Shown: piece by piece, positions 7,361 to 14,443 of the stretch
How the letters are laid out: every line of letters starts with the position of its first letter
How positions within the stretch are numbered: position 1 is the stretch's first letter
NCBI GenBank assembly: GCA_041690295.1
Contig: JAWLHR010000030.1
Span: forward strand, 1-16,485
Length of the DNA: 16,485 nucleotides
Source: Bdellovibrionales bacterium
GTDB taxonomy: Bacteria; Bdellovibrionota; Bdellovibrionia; Bdellovibrionales; UBA1609
Direction: 5' to 3'
Program-made: the position numbers and the translations under genes
The notes under the pieces: generated by a model
What the model was told of the DNA's origin: nothing
Databases searched by the model: none
Seen by the model: only the letters and a program-made list of their open reading frames with translations

Positions 7361-8451
7361 ACGGAATCCCATCCCCAAATCCACATTTGGATCGGAAAGA
7401 CTTTTTCGAGACCAGCGGCGGTCACTGGATCAAACACATTCAAGGAACTGGCTTTCAACGGCCCGAAAATGACGCGAACCAGATCCGCTTCGGAATCCGT
7501 TTGGAAAATTTCGTCTTTGTAACCGATGTAGAAACGGCCTTCCCGCGGTTCCAACACCAGGTCTTCGACGCCGAGAGCTCGCGCGTGCTTTTTCACTTTG
7601 AGCAAAAGTGATGACGGATTCAGAATTTTGATCATTCCGAGGATGCCGCTGGTCTCCTTGGCGCCCGCTTGGCGCAAGTGCCGAATCAAATTGGTGGAGT
7701 GATCGGGGGCGATCAAGACCAGCGAGCGGCGCTGTTGTTGAACGGCGAATTGAATCAGCGGCAGGATTTTTGAAACGCCGCCGCCCCACTCATGAATGTA
7801 ACCGTCCAGATCGGCGCCTTTACCCTCAACCAAATAGGCTTGCAGGCGATTCTCCTTGTCCCACGCCGTATAGACGCGCGAATTGGGGATGGAGAGAAAA
7901 CGCCGGATTTCATCCGCGGTTCGAACGCCGCCGGTGGTGTGCTGTGAATACAGTTTTAAGATCGCCTCGGCGTCCACGCGGTTGGACGCCACAAAGCGTA
8001 GCTCATGATTCTCGGCGACTTTGAAATTTTCCGGAATGGTCAGGGAAATTTCGGTGCCGCCCAGTTCGAATCCCAGCTTGCGATAGAAATCAAAAAGATT
8101 GGTCCAGAGGATCGCGAAGTCGCAGCCGCGGGCGGTGGCGGATTTTAAACAGTCCTCAAGCACTTGGCGTGAAAGCCCTTGATTGCGGTGAGACGGATCG
8201 GTGACCACGCTGCCGATCGCCGCCACTTTGAAAATACCGGCCGGCGATTTGACGATGAGCGGTTTCATGACCGCCGCCGAAAGAAAACCCTGGCCGTCTT
8301 TGATGATTCGCATGTTGTTGAGGTTTTCCTGGTTTATCGCGACGGGATATTCATCCGCGATCGTCCAATTTCGGTCAGGCCGCAAGTGCGTGGAAAGAAA
8401 GTGGATCAGGTCATTGAATTCATGACCGTGTAGAGCGCGTGGTCCTTCCAT
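7357..8451 (-). CDS. GNAT family N-acetyltransferase, Eis-like multi-domain architecture
   Basis: 364 aa. The acetyl-CoA-binding motif is 'IGSVVTDPSHRNQGLS', followed by 'FAILW...FYRKLGFE', a second GNAT-like region and a C-terminal extension. Confidence 0.88.
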   Translation of the reverse strand: MEGPRALHGHEFNDLIHFLSTHLRPDRNWTIADEYPVAINQENLNNMRIIKDGQGFLSAAVMKPLIVKSPAGIFKVAAIGSVVTDPSHRNQGLSRQVLEDCLKSATARGCDFAILWTNLFDFYRKLGFELGGTEISLTIPENFKVAENHELRFVASNRVDAEAILKLYSQHTTGGVRTADEIRRFLSIPNSRVYTAWDKENRLQAYLVEGKGADLDGYIHEWGGGVSKILPLIQFAVQQQRRSLVLIAPDHSTNLIRHLRQAGAKETSGILGMIKILNPSSLLLKVKKHARALGVEDLVLEPREGRFYIGYKDEIFQTDSEADLVRVIFGPLKASSLNVFDPVTAAGLEKVFPIQMWIWGWDSV

Positions 8452-8457
8452 ACTTCA

Positions 8458-8463
8458 ATTGTA
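8458..8463 (-). promoter_or_regulatory. Putative -10 box for the GNAT operon (leaderless)
   Basis: Minus-strand TACAAT (5/6 consensus) lies 6 nt before ATG 8451, with no SD. No good -35 at canonical spacing. Confidence 0.5.
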
Positions 8464-8485
8464 TGCGACAGGGCGCCGGAGCGGA

Positions 8486-8507
8486 GTCGAGAAAGAGATT
8501 TCTCGAC
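8486..8507. repeat. Perfect 9-bp inverted repeat in the GNAT/nth divergent spacer
   Basis: GTCGAGAAA-gaga-TTTCTCGAC. The right arm overlaps the -35-like TCGACA (8503-8508) of nth. Confidence 0.6.
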
Positions 8508-8537
8508 ATGGGTCGGGTGCGCGGTCTAAATAGAGCC

Positions 8538-9191
8538 ATGCGCGAATCAAAAGAGGGGCGGCGGCGCCGGACTTTGGTGATTATCGCCAAACTTAAAGAA
8601 CATTATCCGGACGCGACCTGCGCTCTGATTCACCGAAATCCGCTCGAACTCCTAGTGGCCACCATCTTGAGCGCGCAATGCACCGATGAGCGCGTGAATA
8701 TCGTCACCCGCGAACTTTTCAAAAAATATCGCACGGCCAAGGATTACGCGAACGCCGACCTTCAGGATCTGGAGCGAATCATCAAGTCCACCGGATTCTT
8801 TCGCGCCAAAGCCAAGAATCTGAAAATGCTAGGGCAGATGCTGATCAGTGAACACGGAGGCAAGGTTCCTCAAACCCTGGAAGAGCTGTGCCGCCTTCCC
8901 GGCGTGGGGAGAAAAACCGCGAACGTGGTGCTGGGGAATGCGTTCGGGAAGGCCTGCGGAGTGGTCGTGGACACCCACGTCAAAAGGTTGAGCTATCGTT
9001 TGGGGCTGACCAATGCGATCACGCCAGAGAAGGTGGAGGAGAATTTGATTCAGTTGGTTCCCCGCCAAGACTGGATTATTCTGCCGCACCTTTTGATCTT
9101 CCATGGACGGCGGATCTGTAAGGCGCGACGGCCTGCCTGCGAGCGTTGTTTTTTACAAGACGATTGTCCAAAACGCGGCGTTAAGCGATGA
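8538..9191 (+). CDS. nth: Endonuclease III
   Basis: Motifs 'LVATILSAQCTDERVN', HhH 'LPGVGRKTANVVL', 'VVDTHV' and the 4Fe-4S motif C-x6-C-x2-C-x5-C. ATG 8538 gives the usual length (217 aa) and avoids overlap with the GNAT gene. Confidence 0.97.
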   Translation: MRESKEGRRRRTLVIIAKLKEHYPDATCALIHRNPLELLVATILSAQCTDERVNIVTRELFKKYRTAKDYANADLQDLERIIKSTGFFRAKAKNLKMLGQMLISEHGGKVPQTLEELCRLPGVGRKTANVVLGNAFGKACGVVVDTHVKRLSYRLGLTNAITPEKVEENLIQLVPRQDWIILPHLLIFHGRRICKARRPACERCFLQDDCPKRGVKR

Positions 9192-9198
9192 TGCGGAT

Positions 9199-9678
9199 AT
9201 GTTGTTGGCGTATCTGGAAAGTATCAAGTACATAGGTCACTTATTTCCGGTGGCGCTCTTGCGTATCTACATGGGGTGGACCTTCCTGAAAGTCGCCTGG
9301 ACCCGTTATCAGGGGGATTACCTTTCGCAGCCGCACATTGTTTCCAACATCACGGAAAATTCGGCGATGACCGCTCCCGATTGGTACAAGTCATTTCTCG
9401 ATCAGGTGGTGGTTCCCAACTGGCAGATCTTCGCCTTCTGCGTGGTGTATTTCGGCTTTTTGGTGGGGATCAGTTTCATTCTTGGTTTCTTCGTTCGGCC
9501 GGTGGCGCTTCTGGCCGCCATCGTGACTTTGAATTTCGTTTATAACAGCTCTCCGGATCTGATGCCGCTTCATCAATTGCATTTGGTTCTGTTTTTGATT
9601 TTCGCTTGGCTCGGCGCCGGCCGTTGCTTGGGCTTGGATTACTTCTTTTTCAAACGTGATCGGGGCATCTGGTGGTGA
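9199..9678 (+). CDS. DoxX/DoxD family membrane protein
   Basis: 159 aa with about 4 hydrophobic segments. Motifs 'LLRIYMGWTF', 'PDWYKSFL..VVVPN', 'LVGISFILGFFVR' and 'GAGRCLGLD'. Confidence 0.85.
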   Translation: MLLAYLESIKYIGHLFPVALLRIYMGWTFLKVAWTRYQGDYLSQPHIVSNITENSAMTAPDWYKSFLDQVVVPNWQIFAFCVVYFGFLVGISFILGFFVRPVALLAAIVTLNFVYNSSPDLMPLHQLHLVLFLIFAWLGAGRCLGLDYFFFKRDRGIWW

Positions 9679-10694
9679 ATGCGCGCGCACGATTGGCCGT
9701 GTTTCTCCTCCTTGGAGTCAGTTGCGTTTTCGCGCTTTTGTTTTATCGCCAGTTACTAGTGAACAAGGATGTGGATCGCTCGCGCTTTGAAGTGCCCAAA
9801 TTGCGCGTTCTGACCTATGCCAGTTTCGCCTCCCGCAGCGGACCGGGTCCGGAATTGATCGCCGCCTTCGAACAGGATTGTAACTGTAAGGTGGAAGTCA
9901 CGACGGTCAACGAGGCGGGCCTTTTGTTTGAACGATTGAAGCTGTCCACCGGGCCATCGGGCATCGATGTGGTGATCGGCTTCGATCAATTGATGTTGGA
10001 GAACGCGCGCGAGAATTTCAGCTGGCATGAACTTGAAGTTGAGGATCTGACTTGGGCCGAGGCGGTTGAAGACCTGGCCAGCCCGCAATTCATTCCAGTG
10101 GACTGGAGCCCCCTGACATTTATCTACCGGGAGGACGGCAGATTCGTCCCCAAAGCCATCAATGACCTTGTCCGTCCGGAACTGAAAGGCCAACTGGCTT
10201 TACAGGATCCGCGATCGAGTTCACCGGGACTGCAGTTTTATAACTGGATCAAGCATCTGAAAGAAGATCAGACCGTGGAGTTTCTCACGGCGATGAAACC
10301 CAATGTTCATTCCGTCTCGCCCAGCTGGTCGTTCGCCTACGGACTTTTTCGTAAAAAGCAGGTGCGCTTTGTTTTTTCCCACCTGACGTCGCTGGCGTTT
10401 CATTGGGGTGAGGAAAATGACCGGAAATATCAGGCTTTGAACTTCAAGGAAGGTCACCCTCAACAGGTGGAGTTCGCGGCGATTCCCGTCTCTTGCCGTG
10501 AGTGCGATTTGGCGGCGGATTTCGTGCAGTTCCTGTTACAACCGGAAAGCCAACAAATCATCATGCACAAAAATTACATGTTTCCCGCCTTAAGCGGCGT
10601 GGAAAAGGATTCCATCTTTGAGAGTCTGCCGAAATTAAAACCCTTGAGGGTTGAGGGTGGGAAAGATCTCAATGACTGGGATAGAGTCTTCTGA
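9675..10694 (+). CDS. thiB: Thiamine ABC transporter substrate-binding protein
   Basis: Motifs 'VLTYASF..GPGPEL..AFEQDCNCKV', 'DVVIG', 'QDPRSSSPG', 'WSFAYGLF', 'FKEGHPQQVE' and 'NYMFP'. GTG 9675 overlaps the doxX stop as GTGA; GTG 9672 is an alternative start. Confidence 0.88.
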   Translation: MNARARLAVFLLLGVSCVFALLFYRQLLVNKDVDRSRFEVPKLRVLTYASFASRSGPGPELIAAFEQDCNCKVEVTTVNEAGLLFERLKLSTGPSGIDVVIGFDQLMLENARENFSWHELEVEDLTWAEAVEDLASPQFIPVDWSPLTFIYREDGRFVPKAINDLVRPELKGQLALQDPRSSSPGLQFYNWIKHLKEDQTVEFLTAMKPNVHSVSPSWSFAYGLFRKKQVRFVFSHLTSLAFHWGEENDRKYQALNFKEGHPQQVEFAAIPVSCRECDLAADFVQFLLQPESQQIIMHKNYMFPALSGVEKDSIFESLPKLKPLRVEGGKDLNDWDRVF

Positions 10695-12153
10695 TCGGGA
10701 AAGCCGAATCCGGCCGTGGCTGAGTGTCGGAATCGCGCTTTTTCTGATCTCACCTTTTTTGGTTTGGCTGACCGCGATCGATGTGAGTGAATGGACGCGG
10801 ATGGATTTTCTCTCGGCGGTTTCGCCGTTGGGGAATTCCTTTGTGCAGGCGTCGCTCAGCACCATTCTCACCATGGCGGTTGGATTCGCGCTCTTTATCG
10901 CCTTTCAAAGCTTGAAATCAGAGCGGATGAAGCCTTGGGCGGAGAGCGTTTTGCTCATGCCGAACGTGATTCCACCTCTCTTCATCGCTCTTGGCCTTCT
11001 CACCTGGACGCCTTTGTTCGGCGGCGCTTTCCCTTTCGGAATGGGGGCGGTCGTTATGGCGCATGTGCTTTTGAACTCCGGTTTGGTGGCGCTCTCGCTG
11101 GATCGCATGATCAAGGGGCGCGCGATGGGTGTGATCGAAGCGGGAAGGGTCATGGGCGTGCCACCGGTGATGTTTTGGCGCGCGGTCCTTTGGCCGCTGC
11201 TGCGGGGTGACCTGATGAGTCTCGCCTTGTTCATATTCTCACTTCACTTCACCAGTTTTTCGCTGCCTTTGTTGTTGAGCGGGGAGCGGGCACTCACTTT
11301 GGAGATCGCCATCTTCGACGCCATTCGGATCCAGGGGCGTTGGGATCTCGCGGTTTTGTTGGCGCTCATCCAGTCGGCGTTCATTTTCGCTTTGGCTTGG
11401 GTGCTGCCGCGTCCGTTTTGGCCGGAAATGGGTCACCGGCCCGGCATCGCGGATTTGGGTTTCAGGCTTCCTCCCTATTTGGTTTTTCTTCCTGGTTTGG
11501 TGCTTGTTATGGGATGGCTTCATGGCCTCTTGGTGTCAGTGGTCACGGGTTGGGGACAATTGGTGGTGCCGGAGTTGATTGAGAGTACGGTGACGACGAT
11601 CGCGATCGGACTTGGCGTCGGGATCATACACCTTTTGATATTTCTGTGGATCGCCTATGTCTCACCGAATTTCCGATTGGAAAAGTTTCTGCATGGTTAT
11701 TTGGCGCCGAGCGCGGCCATTACGGGTTTCGCGATGATCCTGATTCCCGTCGACGATTGGGAGATTTTGAAATTGGTCTTCGCTTTGACATTGATTTCAG
11801 TGCCGCTCCTTTACCGGTGGATGGTGCATTCCGTTTTGGTTTCACTGGAACAACAGGTGGCCTTGGCCCGAACGCTGGGCGCGGGATGGATGATGATTTT
11901 ATTGGATGTGGTGTGGCCGCAGGCGGCGCCAACCCTTTTGCGGGCCAGCGGCCTGGCGGCGCTTTGGGCGAGCGGAGATTTCGCGTTGTCGGGAATCGTG
12001 CTGAATGATGAAATCACTTTGCCTTTGTTGATCGAGGATTATTTGAATAACTACCATTTCGAAGCGGCCCAGCTCTTGCTGATTCCGCTGGTGGCGGTGG
12101 GTGTGGGTCTTTACGGTTTTTTCAGAGGAGCGATTCGCTTTGTCACGGGTTGA
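10672..12153 (+). CDS. thiP: Thiamine ABC transporter permease (two fused TM domains)
   Basis: Highly hydrophobic, about 490 aa. Motifs 'QASLSTIL', 'AHVLLN' and 'FTSFSLPLLL..TLEIAIF', with two EAA-like loops (IEAGRVMG, LARTLGA). It lies between thiB and the ATPase. The start is uncertain. Confidence 0.82.
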   Translation: MTGIESSDRESRIRPWLSVGIALFLISPFLVWLTAIDVSEWTRMDFLSAVSPLGNSFVQASLSTILTMAVGFALFIAFQSLKSERMKPWAESVLLMPNVIPPLFIALGLLTWTPLFGGAFPFGMGAVVMAHVLLNSGLVALSLDRMIKGRAMGVIEAGRVMGVPPVMFWRAVLWPLLRGDLMSLALFIFSLHFTSFSLPLLLSGERALTLEIAIFDAIRIQGRWDLAVLLALIQSAFIFALAWVLPRPFWPEMGHRPGIADLGFRLPPYLVFLPGLVLVMGWLHGLLVSVVTGWGQLVVPELIESTVTTIAIGLGVGIIHLLIFLWIAYVSPNFRLEKFLHGYLAPSAAITGFAMILIPVDDWEILKLVFALTLISVPLLYRWMVHSVLVSLEQQVALARTLGAGWMMILLDVVWPQAAPTLLRASGLAALWASGDFALSGIVLNDEITLPLLIEDYLNNYHFEAAQLLLIPLVAVGVGLYGFFRGAIRFVTG

Positions 12154-12775
12154 GAATTTGATCAAAGACTACGATGGATTTTCCATTCACATTCCGCGCT
12201 GGGAAATTCCCGACAGCGGCGTGACGGCGCTTTGGGGGCCATCCGGATCGGGTAAAACTTCGGTCTTTCGTTTGTTGATCGGTCTTGAACCCTGTCCCGG
12301 ATTGAAGTGGCATTTCGGGGATCTGGATTTGGCGTCGCTGCCCGTGCCGGAGCGCCGTCTGGGCGTGGTGTTTCAGTCATTGGAATTGTTTCCCCATATG
12401 ACGGCCGAAGAAAATATTCTTTTCCCGGCCCGTGCGCGCGGAATTCCTCTGGATGAGGCGCAAGCGAAACTGCGGGAGTTAACGGCGGATTTGCGCATGG
12501 CCGATTATCTGCGCCGGCCGGCGAAGTTGTTATCGGGCGGAGAGGCGCAACGGGTGGCGCTCGCACGGGCGGTGATCGGCTCACCAAGGTTTTTGTTTTT
12601 GGACGAACCGTTTTCGTCCTTGGACGCGGAATTAAAAGGGGAAGCACGGGCGGTGGTCAAAAAGTTGATGGATCGACTTCGTATTCCCACTTTGTTGATC
12701 ACCCATGATCCGGCGGACCTTGAATCGCTGGCGCAAACCGTGGTCAAAATCGCCGACGGCCGGTTGGTGGAGTGA
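12140..12775 (+). CDS. thiQ: ABC transporter ATP-binding protein (ThiQ-like)
   Basis: Walker A GPSGSGKT, Q-loop VFQ, signature LSGGEAQRVALAR, Walker B FLFLDEP and H-loop ITHD. TTG 12140 is preceded by SD AGAGGAG (12124-12130). Confidence 0.85.
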   Translation: MSRVENLIKDYDGFSIHIPRWEIPDSGVTALWGPSGSGKTSVFRLLIGLEPCPGLKWHFGDLDLASLPVPERRLGVVFQSLELFPHMTAEENILFPARARGIPLDEAQAKLRELTADLRMADYLRRPAKLLSGGEAQRVALARAVIGSPRFLFLDEPFSSLDAELKGEARAVVKKLMDRLRIPTLLITHDPADLESLAQTVVKIADGRLVE

Positions 12776-12781
12776 GCTCAA

Positions 12782-13351
12782 TTAGATTTTGCGCGCGAAA
12801 AACAAGCGACAGGGCGGAATGTTCAACAATTCGTCTTCATAAGTGATTTGATCAAAGGTCTTTTCCACTTGCGAAATGAAATCCCGCGCCGAGGGCGTCC
12901 ACAAAACGTGAAGGGACACGAACGTGCAAAAAATCCCGCCTTTTTCCAAACTGTCATACGCCTGGTGCACGATACTGGTGCGGGCTTCTTTGCTGAGAAG
13001 GGACCACGGTAAAGTGGACACGATGGCGCCGACCTTGCGGCCTTTCAAGCGAAGAGTCAGGTTTTCCGCCGATTCGTTATATATTTCCAAATCCGGATAG
13101 GTGTCTTTTAGATACGAATACAAATCATTGTTCAGCTCGAATCCCACGTAAGCGGGCGGGTGACCGAGTTTGGGCAAAAGATGAACCGTGATGGCGCCGG
13201 TGCCCACGCCGAATTCCACCAGAGTTTGGCCCGCGGGCATCGAGATCCGGCGCGCGAAGCGACGGCCCACGCGCGGCCCGGTTTCAAACATGGTCGAGAG
13301 TTGAAGCGGGGATTTTAAAGCGGCTTTAAGGAAATGATAAAACCCCGACAT
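12782..13351 (-). CDS. Class I SAM-dependent methyltransferase, phospholipid N-methyltransferase-like (COG3963-type)
   Basis: Motifs 'LVEFGVGTGAIT', 'VGFELN', 'NESAENL', 'AIVSTLPW', 'LEKGGIF' and the terminal 'NIPP'. Confidence 0.8.
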   Translation of the reverse strand: MSGFYHFLKAALKSPLQLSTMFETGPRVGRRFARRISMPAGQTLVEFGVGTGAITVHLLPKLGHPPAYVGFELNNDLYSYLKDTYPDLEIYNESAENLTLRLKGRKVGAIVSTLPWSLLSKEARTSIVHQAYDSLEKGGIFCTFVSLHVLWTPSARDFISQVEKTFDQITYEDELLNIPPCRLFFARKI

Positions 13352-14362
13352 CTATCGCGCCAACGGTTGCGGCCACACTTTCTGGCGCTTGGTCAGAGGA
13401 ATGAAACTTCGTTCGGCGGCGGTTTGCGCGCAGACTTCCAGATCTTTCAAACTCATCCCGATGATCTGGTGAGCGATCCGGTACTCGCGATTGAGATTGG
13501 TATTGAAAATTCCCGGATCGTCCGTGTTGATCGTCACGGGAATGCCGAAATCATAAAGTTTTTTAAGCGGGTGATCCTCAAGTTTCGGAATCGCGTTGGT
13601 CAGCATATTGCTTGTCGGACAAAGTTCGAGGGTGATGCCGCGTTCGCGCACCACACGCATGACACTTTCATCATGGATGATTTGTACGCCATGCCCGATC
13701 CGGTCGGCCTTTAAAACTTCGACCGCGTCGATCACCCACTTGGGGGCTTTGGGGTGGGGAGCTTCACCGCTATGAATGGTGATACCGAAACCGGCCGCTT
13801 TGGCTTGCGCGAAAAGATGGGCGAAAGGTTTGCTGTCAAAACCTTCCTCGTTATCCGCCAGATCCAATCCCACGAAAGTGTCTTTGTTGGCGAGAGCGAA
13901 CTGGGTCACTTCTTCCGCGTCACGGACGGGGAGTATGCGCTGAATGATGCAGATCAATCCCACCGCCATGGGGTAGGTGGCTTCGGCGCGCTCCACACCC
14001 TTCACGATGGCTTGGTGGATTTCTTCAAAAGTCATTTTATGACCCGTGCGGATGAATGTGGGCGCGTAGCGCAGTTCGAGAATTCGGATCCCGTCGTTAC
14101 GGTAAGCATCCTCACAAGCCTCGAAGGTGATGCGTTCAAGAATTTCCGGGGTGGCGAGCAGTTTTTGCGTGTCGAGGAACTTATTGAGCACCGATCCAAG
14201 GTCCTGCATGGGCTCAAGGATCAAAAACCGCTCTTGAAACTCCCGCTGGGAGTTCAACTGGATCCCGAACTGCGGGGCCAGTTCAAAAATGGTCTCGGGG
14301 CGGAGACACAACTCCAAATGACGATGCAGCTCGGCCTTTACAATTTTATCAACGCCCGACAT
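13352..14362 (-). CDS. add: Adenosine deaminase
   Basis: Zn motif 'ELHRHLE', plus 'LELRYAP', 'VGLDLA', 'TIHSGE', 'RIGHG', 'LELCPTSN' and 'INTDDP'. Confidence 0.93.
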   Translation of the reverse strand: MSGVDKIVKAELHRHLELCLRPETIFELAPQFGIQLNSQREFQERFLILEPMQDLGSVLNKFLDTQKLLATPEILERITFEACEDAYRNDGIRILELRYAPTFIRTGHKMTFEEIHQAIVKGVERAEATYPMAVGLICIIQRILPVRDAEEVTQFALANKDTFVGLDLADNEEGFDSKPFAHLFAQAKAAGFGITIHSGEAPHPKAPKWVIDAVEVLKADRIGHGVQIIHDESVMRVVRERGITLELCPTSNMLTNAIPKLEDHPLKKLYDFGIPVTINTDDPGIFNTNLNREYRIAHQIIGMSLKDLEVCAQTAAERSFIPLTKRQKVWPQPLAR

Positions 14363-14368
14363 AAACTC

Positions 14369-14398
14369 AGGATAGGGTTTTCGACATTATGCGCTCAA
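14369..14398 (-). promoter_or_regulatory. Putative sigma70 promoter for add (leaderless)
   Basis: Minus strand: TTGAGC (14398-14393), 18-nt spacer, TATCCT (14374-14369), then 6 nt to ATG 14362. Confidence 0.55.
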
Positions 14399-14408
14399 GG
14401 GGATTCTG

Positions 14409-14437
14409 TTGACGCGAAGTCTAATGGGTCTTAGAAC
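14409..14437 (+). promoter_or_regulatory. Putative sigma70 promoter for transketolase (leaderless)
   Basis: TTGACG (14409-14414), 17-nt spacer, TAGAAC (14432-14437), then 6 nt (CGCCCC) to ATG 14444. No SD. Confidence 0.6.
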
Positions 14438-14443
14438 CGCCCC

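Noticed and set aside
13754..14434. 226-aa plus-strand ORF antisense to add, and similar shadow ORFs (3912-4550, 4839-5357, 14660-15217, 12162-12647, 15782-16261)
   Set aside because: They overlap well-supported genes on the opposite strand and have no recognisable motifs. Such ORFs are expected from codon bias in GC-rich coding DNA.
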